Source: Callorhinchus milii | Lineage: Eukaryota | Assembly (NCBI RefSeq): GCF_018977255.1 | Contig: NW_024704742.1 | Span: forward strand, 43,278,001 to 43,338,000 | DNA: 60,000 bases | Direction: 5' to 3' | Shown here: one piece after another, positions 24,720 through 36,466 of the stretch | Layout of the letters: every line of letters starts with the position of its first letter | Position numbering within the stretch: position 1 is the stretch's first letter | Translations under genes and position numbers: made by a program | Notes under the pieces: model-generated | The model's input: the letters and a program-made list of their open reading frames with translations, nothing else | What the model was told of the DNA's origin: nothing | Database searches by the model: none

Positions 24720-25105
24720 CAACAACAGCAACAGGAAATTGATTTATATAGCGTCTTTCACGTCGGTACAATGCCCAAAGTGCTGGACACCTAAGCTGTA
24801 AGCTGGAGTCAAGAGAAATAAAGGGCACGTAGGGTGCTGGTGAGAAGATGACCAAAGGTGTGGCCAAAGAGGAAAGTCTTGAGATGGGCCTTGAAGGAGA
24901 CAAGGGAGGGGACGAGGCAGAGAGACTCTTGGGATGGAGTTCCAGAGGCTGGGGGCAGAAAGTCTGAAGGTCTGACCCGCAATAGTGGAGAGGGCAAGGA
25001 GGGGAATGCCGAGCAGGCCAGAGCCCACCGAGTGGAGAGAGCGGTCAGGTTGGTAGGTTTTAGGAGGTCACCGAGGTAGGGCAAAGCAGGACCGTGGAGG
25101 ACTTT
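24720..25105 (-). mobile_element. L2 3' fragment
   Basis: Minus frames read PYLGDLLKP..., FRLSAPSLWNSIP and SFKAHLKTFLF. Tail GACGTGAAAGACGCTATATAAATC. Confidence 0.92.
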
Positions 25106-25571
25106 TCAATTCTTTCAATCATCATTTCAAAAGCAAGAAGGCTGCCTGTGATCCCTGGGCATTACATTTATCCACTGAGCCATTGGTTGAGCATGAATGC
25201 AGTGTTAGATCTTCCCTCGCCACATTCAGACAAGAGTCACTGGCTGTGAATGCTAAAATAACTACAAACCCAGAGTGATGGTCTTCTCAAGAATAAGAGA
25301 TTTCAGATCACACAAACACCAGGTACAAAAGGATCTGACATATGCTTGCTCAGTACACATTTAAATTCCAAGAGAACATTACCTTTCAAACAGCTTCACT
25401 TTTCAAATGCTCTTAACAAACCTGTGCATAACTTGGCAGTCACCATCTGAATGTCACACGAGGACAAATGATCAACAGGAATAGGGGGGAGTAATGCTGT
25501 ATTTAATAACATTTCTAAGTAAAGCCAAAAATTATATATTTATATATGCCTGCTGAATTGGCCTAAGCTTA

Positions 25572-25854
25572 TTGATCCTCACATTCGTCTTCAAATCCTT
25601 TCATGACCTGGTACCCCTTACCTCTCCGACCTACTTACTCCCCAACCCACTACTCTGTTGCTCTGAAATTCTGGAACACTCTCCCTCTGTCCCTTCGCCT
25701 TCCCCCCTCCTTCTGCTGCTTCAAGTCATGGCTGAAGACCTTCCTCTTCAACCGTGATTACGGTCACCCCACCTAGGCATCATGCTCCACCACTGTCAAG
25801 CGCTCTGAGACTCTACCCTGCGCGAGGGACGCTATATAAATGCAAGTTGTTGTT
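25572..25854 (+). mobile_element. L2 3' fragment with internal deletion
   Basis: ILTFVFKSFHDLVP... and tail CACTGTCAAGCGCTCTGAG...GAGGGACGCTATATAAATGCAAG(TTG)n. Confidence 0.9.
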
Positions 25855-26282
25855 ATAATTTTGGTATCCTTGGAAATACTGTCTAAATCTTGCAACCTCA
25901 ATTCATTCTCACTCTTTGTGTCAAAATAAAGAATAGGAAAGTAAAGGTCCAATCAATAGTAAGTTATATAAAAACATCAACAGATCCTCACACAACATTT
26001 TCCTCTTGACATAAAGCAAATGTATAACTGACAGTTTTTGAAACAGTAATTTGTTTTATTAATATAAAGTCAGCTTGTAATAATATTGTCATTTCGTATA
26101 ATGTTGAAAGCAGACGTTTCCTAAAAACAATGCATTAACGAGAAAATGGCTTGACACATGCAATTTGTACTGATAAGTAATCACCAGTTATGTGATTGAG
26201 TAGAATATTCTTGTACTTTGAAAAAAGAAAAAAAACTCCAATAGCATAATGGATAAAAGTAATGTGTTATGTGATATTAATC

Positions 26283-26505
26283 CCTACAGACCAGGAATGT
26301 GTTCATTCCTGCTCTATGCTAAAGTTAATTGATTTCAGGACAGTGGTCGTACCATGCAATTAATCTCAGCATCTCAAGACAAAAAAGCAAAATAATGACT
26401 AGAGTTCCTGCTCATGATTGCTAACCCAGCAGTACCATGTCTATGTGGACATCAAATGTTGGGCTCAGTTGTGACACCCCCACAGTCAAATATCTTGCTG
26501 ATAAA
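26283..26505 (+). mobile_element. Old MamSINE1-like SINE fragment
   Basis: ACAGACCAGGAA...GAGTTCCTGCTCATGATTGCTA...TGTGGACATC...GGGCTCAGTTGTGAC...CAGTCAAATATCTTGCTGA, homologous to 29103 and 39755. Confidence 0.6.
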
Positions 26506-26628
26506 CATTATCTATGACAATATAATAAATAATCCTTGCCTTGATACAGTGCCTTTCACTTTGGGAGGATACCTCAAAGTACTTCACAGGAATTACTGTG
26601 AAGTATAATGTGTATTTTGCAGGCAATC

Positions 26629-26823
26629 ATATGTATGTGTGTGTACATGTGTGTGTATGTGTGTGTGTGCGTGTGTGTACGTGTACATGTGTGTACATGT
26701 GTGCATGTGTATGCGTGTGTGTATGTGTGTGTGTGTGTATGCATGTGAGTATGCATGTGTGAATGTATGTGTGTATTTGTATATGTACATACAAATATAC
26801 ATACATATTTGTATGTATGTATG
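26629..26823. repeat. Compound (TG/TA/CA)n alternating purine-pyrimidine microsatellite
   Basis: About 190 bp of GTGT/ATGT/GTAC/GCAT units. It produces the spurious His-Thr and Cys-Val ORFs. Confidence 0.97.
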
Positions 26824-26824
26824 A

Positions 26825-27628
26825 GGTCCATCTCAAGACATACCTCTTTGACTGAGCTTTTGGACACCTTTCCCCTCCTCCCCCCCTCAGTTCCTACCTG
26901 CAGTTTGGATGCTCAACTAGCCCTATCAAGAGCTTACGGGCATCCTGCCAACAACAACAACAACAACAAGATTCCATTTATTGAGCGCCGTTCACGTCGG
27001 GAGGACGTCCCAAGGCGCTGTACAGTTGGGTCAGGACCCGAGCAAGGGGAAAATGATCAGGGTGAGGGGAGGGAAGGGAGGGAGCGAGGAGGGGGTAGAG
27101 AGTCGAGAGGGGAGCTGAAGGCACGGTCAAAGAGAAAGGTCTTGAGACCGGCCTTGAAGGAGGAAAGGGAGGAGGCGGCGAAGGCACTGGGGGATGGAGT
27201 TCCAGAGCCTGGGGGCTGAGAGGCTGAAGGCCCGGCCACCGATGGTAGGGCGGTTGGGGCGGGGAATGTGGAGTAGACCGGAGCCAGAGGAATGGAGGGT
27301 ACGGGCAGGTAGGTAGGGGGATAGTAAGTCGGAGAGGTAGGAGGGAGCGAGGCCGTGAATGGCCTTGTAGGTGAGGATGATGATCTTGAATTTGATCCTC
27401 TGGGGGATGGGGAGCCTTTGGAGGCGAGCGAGGGTGGGAGTGATGTGGTCGCGAAGCCTGGTGCGGGACAGTACACAAGCTGCAGAGTTCTGAATGACCT
27501 GCAGCTTGTGGAGGGAGGTGCCGGGAAGGCCGGCGAGGAGAGAGTTCCCATAGTCCAGCCTTGAGGTGATAAAGGCGTGATAAAGGTGATAACACATGAA
27601 AGGTGTTATATAAATGTAAATTGTTGTA
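26825..27628 (+). mobile_element. Older L2 3' end (26825-26949 and 27591-27628) split by a younger antisense L2
   Basis: CCATCTCAAGACATACCTCTTTGAC (HLKTYLF)...GGGCATCCTGCC continues after the insert as ACATGAAAGGTGTTATATAAATGTAAATTGTTG. Confidence 0.75.
26950..27585 (-). mobile_element. Young L2 3' fragment (CpG-rich, least decayed copy)
   Basis: ORF 27127-27657 reads HAFITSRLDYGNSLLAGLPGTSLHKLQVIQNSAACVLSRTRLRDHITPTLARLQRLPIPQRIKFKIIILTYKAIHGLAPSYLSDLL...GGRAFSLSAPRLWNSIP. (AAC)n tail. Confidence 0.97.
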
Positions 27629-28164
27629 TGCATGTATGAGCAAATATCTAGGCTCATACATGATGAAAGGAGTTGGGCACAAAAGAGCCATTATTGCCAG
27701 GGGACAAATAGCCTAGCAGGGACATTCCTTTCCTTTTGGAAAGGAAAGAAACAATTAGAAAAAAGATCTGCTGCTGCATATCTGCCCAAATTTAGAATAA
27801 AAAAACATTATTATAAACGTTCCACCGCTTATTTTCAAAAACATTACATCAACATGTTTTGAAGAAAAAAACAAGACTGCCGAGGATCTTGAAGAGGAAA
27901 GTCATTAATCAATTGCAAATCACCAGAAGGATCCAAAGAAAGATATCAACCACTTTCTTCCTCCCTGAATCAGTGTGAGATTGCAGCCTGAAGCAATATA
28001 AGCAGACCACAACCTAATTTTGCTTAAACTTGGGATATTATCCTATTATACATTAGGATATTATTTTCAGAAAATAATATTACACATATTATTTGCTGAA
28101 AGCTTTAATCTTTTAAATGACTCTGCTGAGCTCTATGGAGCTGTATACAGTATACACTAGCAAC

Positions 28165-28321
28165 ACACTTGAAAACTGGGTTGTATTCCTTAGAGCAGAG
28201 GAAGTTAAGGAATGATTTGACACTGGTATTTAAAATAATGAAGGGAATTAATAGGTTAGAAAGTGGTCAATCCTTCCCTCTGGTGGAGGGATGTATGTAT
28301 GTATGGATGCATGCATTAACA

Positions 28322-28371
<50 letters not shown>

Positions 28372-28530
28372 TACATACATACATACATACATACATACAT
28401 ACATTATGTACTTGGGTAGTAGAGGCATTATGGGATATGCTAAAAGAGCAGGGCTTTAGGACTTAATAGTCTGTCAAGATCTAATAAACTGATAGAACAG
28501 GCTCAGTGGCTGAATGGCCTCTTTCTGTTC
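28165..28530 (+). mobile_element. Old CR1 3' fragment interrupted by a microsatellite
   Basis: GLYSLEQRKLRNDLTLVFKIMKGINRL...FPLV. 3' GGCTGAATGGCCT. Confidence 0.85.
28291..28404. repeat. (ATGT)n-(GCAC)n-(CA)n-(TACA)n compound microsatellite
   Basis: Directly visible tandem units. Confidence 0.97.
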
Positions 28531-29102
28531 TAGATTTCAATTGTAGGATCAGTTAATGAACGTTTCCAATTTATAATAATAAATCATGTAACTTAGCAAT
28601 TTATTTCAGTAATACATTATTTGAATAGTAATCTTTTGGACTGTTTATTGATTTTGCTCAAGTCAATAATTAGTGCTGTAAATGCAATAACATGTCACAT
28701 GAGAAAGAATCATTAAGTCTTGCATTACATTGGATGCCTTGATAAAATAATAAGACAAATGAGCACTATTTACACAAATTCAGGATTTATTAAGTCATTG
28801 TTATTGATTATGTATCAGTGAATGTGTTAACAGAATGTAAAAAACAACAGGCAGTTTTGGTCTGTTGCAAGCCTATTTCTAGCTCCTGATATTACATACT
28901 TATCACCAACATAGCTGTGAGAATAGACACAAGACCTACATTTACTTGTACTTCAGTATTTTTCCAACTAAAAATAGTTTTACATTGCCTTAATTGTTGC
29001 CTTATAGGAACATGTATAAAAACAATGAAAAAGCAATGCAGCATTTCCACCAAATTCCCTTACTGTTTCACAATTTAAATACAACTCAATTCTACAATAA
29101 TT

Positions 29103-29495
29103 AATCTGACTCCCTAGTTGGCTCTGCAATACTATCCAGTGAGAGATGAACCATACAACCTGGGAAGCCCTTAGGTTTGATCCCAGGTCTATGCTGAATT
29201 ATGAAGTATAGGTGGGGGTATCCAGTGACCCTTATTGGAGGAGAGTACACATAACCGTTGTTGAAAATTGGATTGATCTCAACTGAAATGCACACACAAC
29301 CATCACCAAGGTCAAACAATCTCAAATAGCCTGCCAGCATTCATCAACAACAACTTGCATTTATATAGCGCCCTTCATGCGGGGCAGCGTCTTGGAGCGT
29401 TGAGGCTCGCACATGCATAATTGGCAACTAGGTGAGGTACTGGAACTATACAGTAGAAGGAATAAAATATAAGCCTTCAGGAGATGAAGGGTGGG
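29103..29495 (+). mobile_element. MamSINE1-like tRNA SINE with a short antisense L2 tail inserted at ~29345-29402
   Basis: GGTTTGATCCCAGGTCTATGCTGA (B box), TATCCAGTGACCC, AATAGCCTGCCAGCATTCA|AGGCTCGCACATG...GGTGAGGTACTGGA...GCCTTCAGGAGA. Family name is from recalled consensus. Confidence 0.65.
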
Positions 29496-29659
29496 AACAA
29501 ATATAGTGGAGAAAATTTGTACAAAAAGAAGAGGAAAGCACTACGGCTGAACAAAATGCCTTATCTGTTCTTCATCATATTAACCAACTGTTCAACCCTG
29601 GAAGGAGGAGAGGCTTCAAAATGAAGTTTAATCTGCTTTTGTACTCGACATCCACACTG

Positions 29660-29815
29660 ATTTTTTTCCTCCCCTACACTGGGGACTCTGAAGTTATTTG
29701 TAGTGCTTCTCCTTTGCCCAGGCTGAATTCACATTACTCAGCACAAAGCAAGGAATCGAACCTTGTCCAGTTCTATGTGGTTCAGTACTAGCTCATGCAC
29801 GACTTAAACTACTGA
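29660..29815 (-). mobile_element. MamSINE1-like SINE 5' fragment
   Basis: Minus strand GGTTCGATTCCTTGCTTTGTGCTGAGTAATG...CAGCCTGGGC...GCACTACAAAT...GTAGGGGAGGAAAAAAATCAG. Confidence 0.6.
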
Positions 29816-29929
29816 TTACTTCCCTACACATTTGAAACAATTGTTGAAGCTTGAAGATTTATCACAAATACACTCATGAGAGCTGCTCTTGTTCACAAGT
29901 CTAAGTTTACATAACATCAAATATATATT

Positions 29930-30220
29930 TACTATAACATCAAATGACTCAAACTGCTTCACAGGGAATTGCTATAAAAAGTAACGACTGTGTATTCGTA
30001 GGCAAACGCAGCAGCCAATGTGAACAGCAACGTCTCACAAATAACCATGACCAATTTTACTAGGAGAATTGTTGGTCAGGACACTAAGAGAAATTCCTTC
30101 CTAAAATAGTGTTGTGGAACCTTATTGTTCACTTGAACAAGCAAATGTGGTTTTAGTTTAACGTTTGAAAGAGTAACTCCAACAATGCAGTTTTCCAGAC
30201 TGCAGTGTCAGTGTAGAATA
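29930..30220 (-). mobile_element. Old Deu-domain SINE fragment
   Basis: GGCAAACGCAGCAGCCAAT...TTGTTGGTCAGGACAC...AATAGTGTTGTGGAACC...GTTTAACGT. Confidence 0.75.
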
Positions 30221-30570
30221 AAATGGTCCAAACCTTTGGCTGCCAGGTGCCAGATTTGAGAAATGTCCATGGGTCTCATAAACAATATTTTAGTGTTTCT
30301 CTTACAGAAACTTAACCCATAAGAATATACATAGAAATCCTATATTTTAAATTGTGTAACTGTGTTACTTGATTTCACTATATTTTAATTACATTGCAGT
30401 CTTTAAATAGGCAATGTAAATATTCATATAAATTTTAAAACAATTATACACTTTTATCATTAAAGGACATAAATGCAAGAATAAGTATTAAATCCAGAGT
30501 AAACAATGAAAGTGAAAGAAATAATTAAGTGAATTAAAATGCACAATGATAATCTCAAATGAGAAAATAA

Positions 30571-31564
30571 TCAATATCTATATGCTCCCTCTTGGTGACA
30601 CCATCCCCAGACATGGGGTCAACATCCACATGTATGTGGATGACACCCAACTGTACCTCTCTGCCTCCACCTTTGACTCCAGAAACACTGCTGTCCTGAC
30701 AGAATGTCTGTCAGACATCAAGTCCTGGATGAGAGCTAAGTTTCTTCAGTTGAATGTCAATAAGATCAAGGCCCCCCCTGATTGACTCCAGTCAACACCT
30801 TCACACCTCTGGCACTGACAGCATCACCATCCATGGATGCACACTCCACCTCACGAAGCCAGTCCGAAACCTTGGTGTCTTGTTTGACCCTCAACTATCC
30901 TTTCTACCCCACATCTATGCCATGACCCCTCTGCCTTCACCCACCTCCACAATATCTCCCGGCTCCGCCATTGTTTCACAACTCAGGCCCCTGAGACCCT
31001 CGTACACGGATTCATAACGTCCAGGTTTGATTATGCAAACTCCCTGCTTGTCACCCTCCCCAACTCCTCCCTCCATAGCCTGCAGATCATCCAGAACTCT
31101 GCAGACCATGTCCTCTCCCCCCACTAGGCTCCGTGACCCTATCACCGCCATCCTCGCCTGACTCCACTGGCTTCCCATCACACACAGGGTCTCGCTCCCC
31201 CTACCTCTGCAACCTCCTAACCCCCTACCAACCTGCCCACTCCTTCCACTCAGCGGGCTCCAGCTTGTTGCCTGTCCCCCGCCTCGCCCGCCCCACCATT
31301 GGCAGACAGGCCTTCAGCCACTCTGTCCACACCCTCTGGAACTCCATCCCACAGTCCCTCTGCTTCACCCCCTCCCTTTCGTGCTTCAAGACCCGTCTCA
31401 AGACCCTTCTCTTCAATCGTACCTTCGATCATCCTCCTTCCCCTCCTGCCCTCCACCCTCCCCAATCCTGACTCCCAGCTCGGGTCCGAAATACTGATTG
31501 TCCAGCACCTTGGGACATCATCCCGACATGAAAGGTGCTGTACACATGTAATTTTGTTGTTGTT
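30571..31564 (+). mobile_element. L2 fragment from RT core (YxDD) to 3' tail, frameshifted
   Basis: NIYMLPLGDTIPRHGVNIHMYVDDTQLYLS...CLSDIKSWMRAKFLQLNVNK, VRNLGVLFDPQLSF, LWNSIP...FKTRLKTLLF, (TTG)n tail. Confidence 0.96.
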
Positions 31565-33489
31565 AATAGTGAGATAAGTGATTTATTTCTAATGCAAAAT
31601 GAACTTGTAACTCATATTTGCCGACGTGGTTTACCACAAGTATACAATTAAATGTTGAGCAGCAAAATATGTGGAAGCTAAAAATGACATTAAACAGTTG
31701 GGAGTATTGTATAATCATCATATAGCTGCATTATGTTAAATAATAATAATAATATTCCTTATATTTGATAAAGTGACCTTCACATCTAGAAGATGTAAAG
31801 TATAGTACTGAATATTGTGTAGCTGAATCCTTTGAATTATACTAATGCTTGTCTCTGGATCAATTTCCATTTACCCAATACCCAAATCAACCATTTTTAT
31901 TGTGATTCTACATGGGTGAGGACATTATGGGCTTATTCTCTGCTTGTCAGTACATTTATTGACCTTGACAGTGTCTTCTCATTAGAATTGGGCACTGCTA
32001 AGCCCATTAAAGTTATTGATAAACTGAGAATAATACGCATTCACGACCAACGTTGGCAAATGTACAGACTCGCACAGAATAAACTCTACAGTATATAGTA
32101 TATATAGCATGTGGTACTGTACCAAACTACTCTAGTGGTTCCAGTTTATGGTCAGATGTTTCCAATGTAACATAGATTTGGTCTGATTATTTTTCTGTTT
32201 GTTTAAGTGTACACACAGTTAAAGAAAAATTCAAGAACGAGATTAAAGAGACCATGAACAAGCAATGTACTTGGATTGAGGATTGCAATATAATTTACTG
32301 CTTTTTTACAGTTCACTGCTCCTGCCTCCAACTGCCACACCTCCTCTTTCACCTGGGATTGAATGTCTGCACTATGGAATTGTCCACAGCCATGATCAAT
32401 GCAGCTCTGAAGTCTGATCAGCCAACACAAAACTAATCCTGACAGGTCTTCCTCTATTTGCTTTTCTCTTTGCCCTTGACTCTCTCTTTCTCTAAATATG
32501 TCCTTGCCTTTTTTTTAACTTTTTTTTTGCTCCAGCTTGATCACAGTGTTACCCTCAGGATGTCCGTTTCCCTAGATAGCAAACATGGGAGTTTAACAGT
32601 TTAACAAATAAAAGGGTGCAAACATTTCTTTAAAAAAAATGGTAAGTGAAAGCAAACACAATAAATACCATGGGTCATTCCTGTAACTAATGCAAAGAGC
32701 TGCTGCTCGTCATGAGCTGATCTGAATTCTTTATTTCAAAATGAATATCGAGATTCTCAGACAGAAAATACAAAGGATCCACACATATTTCAGTAGTCCA
32801 TTAATGATTTCCCATACTGTGAATTTTGTTGCCAATTATTTCTTTTAATTAGACACAAATGTCAGAAATAAAAATCCATATTTTGCCATTGCCTGACCAA
32901 ATTAATATGTGGATGCAATCTTCCCATTAAACAGTATCCATATGGGAGCAATGCAGTTTAGAAGTGTTTGTGAGAGATTGTTGTGTGGCAATTGGCTGTC
33001 GTATTCACCAACAGTTACAGTCACTACACATTACAGCAATTACCTGGGAAGCATTTCAGTCACTCGGACAGTGTTATATTAATGCAAGAATTATTATTAT
33101 TTATAATACCTGTATTATCAAAAGCAACAAAAGTTAGGTTTCTAAAGCAGGTCTTTTGCTATTTTTCTCATTGAGGAATTTAATCTGGAGGGAAGAAAAA
33201 ATACCAAAGTTTATTTTAAAATAAGGATAATAAAAAAATTGGCTACATCAAAGACTGCAGATCACAAGCAGAGATTTTCAGCAATTACTTCATGAGAATG
33301 GGTTGGTTTATACGCTGCTGAGATCAGAAGTGGGTGGGATGGGTGGGAGAGAATTACATCTGTGGAAGGCAACAAGCCAAAGGCGAACAGTGCAGATGAA
33401 GGAAAGGTTTTGCCGGATTGCCTTTTAGGGTTTTTGACCTAAGTAAGGCTTCTTTATCTATATTGGATTTTAGGCCATTACATGATGAG

Positions 33490-33681
33490 GTCAATTTTTG
33501 CAAGTTTTCGTAATAGATTTCTTAATTAAGATTCTGAGTAGGGAGTCCTTTGAGGAACTAAAAGTACATCATGCACTTTACATCGGCTCAAGGGAACCCC
33601 AGTAGCAAAATAGATTTGCGTTCGATCGGTGTTTCTATGAGTTGACATCTTCAGATTTAAGAGAAATATTGCAAAATTGAC
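33490..33681. mobile_element. Degenerate foldback/MITE-like inverted repeat
   Basis: Ends GTCAATTTTTGCAA / TTGCAAAATTGAC. Inner pairs GGGAGTCCTTTGAG / CTCAAGGGAACCCC and AAAGTACAT / ATGCACTTT are centred near 33570. Confidence 0.6.
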
Positions 33682-33899
33682 TGCTTAAATGAACTACACA
33701 AATCACAATTATTGTGATATCACAAACATTGCAATACAAAACAAAATGTTTATTGGAGCAGTCTTATTAGTTTAGGTACAGATTCCAAAATTGGGACACT
33801 GGCACTGTTGAAAACACTTAATCAATGAAACAGATTTTTTTTGAAAAAAAACATAAAGTATGGAATGAAGAATGGTCATTTAGCACTTCAAGGTGTTCA

Positions 33900-34210
33900 T
33901 AGAAACATGGAAATCTACATCGCAGAAGGAGACCATTTGAGCCACACTGGCTCGTAGTGCACGGAGATCGGCTTCCTTCCAGTCTGTTGGAACCTCCCTG
34001 ATGGTAATTGACTCCCTCATAATGTCTGTCTGTGTGACAGAAATCTCCCCTTTTCTCCCTAAGTATCCTGAAGTATAGTTCATCCAGGCCGGGGAATATA
34101 TTGATTTAAGTATCTTGAGTCTATCTGGAACCTGAGCCTCAATTTTGTTAAAGCACTGCCATTTAAACAATATTTGTTGGATGGGGGTGGAGGAGAGATA
34201 TATTGTTAGT
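33900..34210 (-). mobile_element. CR1 remnant with 3' tail joined to pre-RT region (internal deletion or two adjacent fragments)
   Basis: ATAGAAACATGGAAATCTAC...GAAGGAGACCATT is a CR1 tail in reverse and abuts a minus frame reading RESITIREVPTDWKEAD (GxVPxDWKxAN motif). Confidence 0.65.
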
Positions 34211-35104
34211 GTCCTCGGGTATAAACCTCCAGGAATTATACAGTTAATATGTTCACCATCTCCTATTCAATCTCTTTTTTTAACCCTTTCAATGCAGTGC
34301 CAACCATTTTTGCTGGGACTTCATTCCACACATCCATTACTCTGTGTGTGTGTGGAAGTATGGGTATGGGTGAAAGTTTTTTTTTGAAACCACATGATTG
34401 TTTGTTGCAGCATCAAGACACCAAATAACTACCCTGTGTTTTAATTATGGTAAGGAGGCTCATATAAAATACATAGATTTGAAGTGGACTCTTTCTCAGA
34501 GTTAAATCTTACATAAATCATCTTGATTTAATCTCCACTAAGATTGATGACTTTAGGAACACAGCCTCTATGTAACTGAGAGCAAATGGAATACTACACT
34601 GTGAATCCCTGGGCTAGCGCTGTGTGTGTAGGATAATAACCAGAAGCAAATATGTGGCTGCACAGATGCCATGTCATCATGATGTACATGCATAAATGTT
34701 TGGTGTTATTAAGCATCTTGCCACTTTTTTTGCTGCTTTGCCAACTTGGAATTGAATTCCAGTGGAGCCAGACATTTAGCGAACGAGCTAAACTAATTTG
34801 AAATGTTGCTACAATGAATCCAGATAGACAATCTAAACAAAGCAGAGTGTTACAACGATTGGAGTACTATACAATGGTAATTTCAGCTGTTTTAAAACAG
34901 AGCATATTGAACTTGCAGTGTTGATAATCCTAATCACATTGGAACAGTGAGGCAAGATTCATTGGTCTAGTGTTGGCTTTTCTGATTTGTTGAAATACAG
35001 GCACTCAAGAATGTCTTATGGCCAGACTGTTTTCACTTAAGAATTCTGTGTACAATTCCAGTCATTGTACTTTTGTGGGCTCTTTGGTGGGGACATCCTG
35101 GCAT

Positions 35105-35422
35105 TAATAATAATAATAATCCTTGCATTTGATATAGCGCTTTTCATGTCTTCTAGACGTCCTAAAGCGCTTCACAGAATATACTGTAAAGTGAATTGAC
35201 TGTATATTTGTGGGCGAACGCGGCAGCCAATTGTGCACAGCAATGTCCGACAAACAGTCATGGATTGAAAATGACCAATTTATTATTGTTTTTTTGGGGG
35301 AGGGATTATTATCAGGCGTGTGGAGTAAGGAAACTTGCCCAAGGTTTCGCCCTGCCTGGAATTGAACTCTGGTCTCTCACTTGCAAAGCGAGTGCTCTAG
35401 CCACTGAGCTACAGGACTCCAC
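35105..35422 (-). mobile_element. Full-length young tRNA-Ala-derived SINE
   Basis: Near-identical to 18420-18746. A and B boxes intact, (ATT)n tail. Confidence 0.93.
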
Positions 35423-36194
35423 AAATTAAACAGGGTACTTAGAAACAGTTAAAACTGGAAGCTATTTAAAGAATCTCAGAAAAGGGATGTTGAAATGTAT
35501 AATACTGTATTTCTCTGCATAGCAACATTTTATGTCAGTAATTGAAAAGAGGAATAAATTATCTTGTTTTAAAAGTCTCTGAAGTTTAATCCCAATTCAA
35601 CCATCTTAATAAGTGGTTTAATATTTATCCCCAAAATACTGTACTTAACAAATTTCCTTTCTCTTTTGAGAATTTTGCAAAGAAATGGTTGAATGATCCG
35701 TGATATCACATACATGCTTCGGACGTGACAATTGAACCTTGAGAGTCAGTCTCACCTTCCACAGGAGTACTTTCTCTGCAGTAATAGGATTGCCCTGCCC
35801 TCCATCTACCCTTGCTCTTCATTGAGAGAGTAAATGTAGAGGAACTGGAACTTGTGATCACAGGCAGCTATCGCCAGTCAGTTAGTGACCTCTCTCCCTC
35901 ACTTTCTCTCTATTTAAATGGTATAATTTCACTGTTGGCACAAAGCCATGTGGAAGCTGTCTAGGTACTTATCCTGATCAAGGGTTTAGGACATAAAAAG
36001 AGTCATGTAGTAGCTTCTATTTATCTGCAGGACATGGGCCCACCCTTTAGGATCAACCTAACCCCTGGCGAGAAACCTTCAGACTGGCCTATCTCAGTGC
36101 AGTGCAGCCTATGTTTGGCAGTGCCTACAAAAGAAGGAGACAGATGTGACTCGGTTTCAAGATCTTGCATTCAATTTCAAATACCTTCATGCCC

Positions 36195-36466
36195 TGGCAC
36201 CCCCCAACCCACTACCCGCTGCCTCCGATCGACTGGCTCCGGCCTTCTGCATGTCCCTTCTACCCTGAATTCCATCATCAGTAGTTGCACTTTCAGCCAC
36301 TATGCCTGAAAAATTCTTCTATCCCTCCGCCTTGCCCCGACCTTCCTCTTCGACCATGCCTGGAGTCGCCTCCCCCTCGCTCCCTCCAGCTCGGGGTCGT
36401 GCTCCGCCACTGTCAAGCGCTCTGGGACACTACCGTGCGTGAGGGACGCTATATAAATGCAAGTTG
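36195..36466 (+). mobile_element. L2 3' fragment
   Basis: TRCLRSTGSGLLHVP...FSHYA. Tail CACTGTCAAGCGCTCTGGGACACTACCGTGCGTGAGGGACGCTATATAAATGCAAG. Confidence 0.9.

Noticed and set aside
26541..26867. His/Thr- and Cys/Val-rich ORFs
   Set aside because: Translations of the (TG)n-type microsatellite.
26978..27691. Longest ORFs in the track (237, 176, 164 and 154 aa)
   Set aside because: All overlap one GC-rich L2 fragment. One frame is the L2 ORF2 C-terminus and the others are shadow frames.
32205..32436. Open frame VKEKFKNEIKETMNKQ...
   Set aside because: No recognisable domain or good donor. May be a decayed LINE ORF2 linker.
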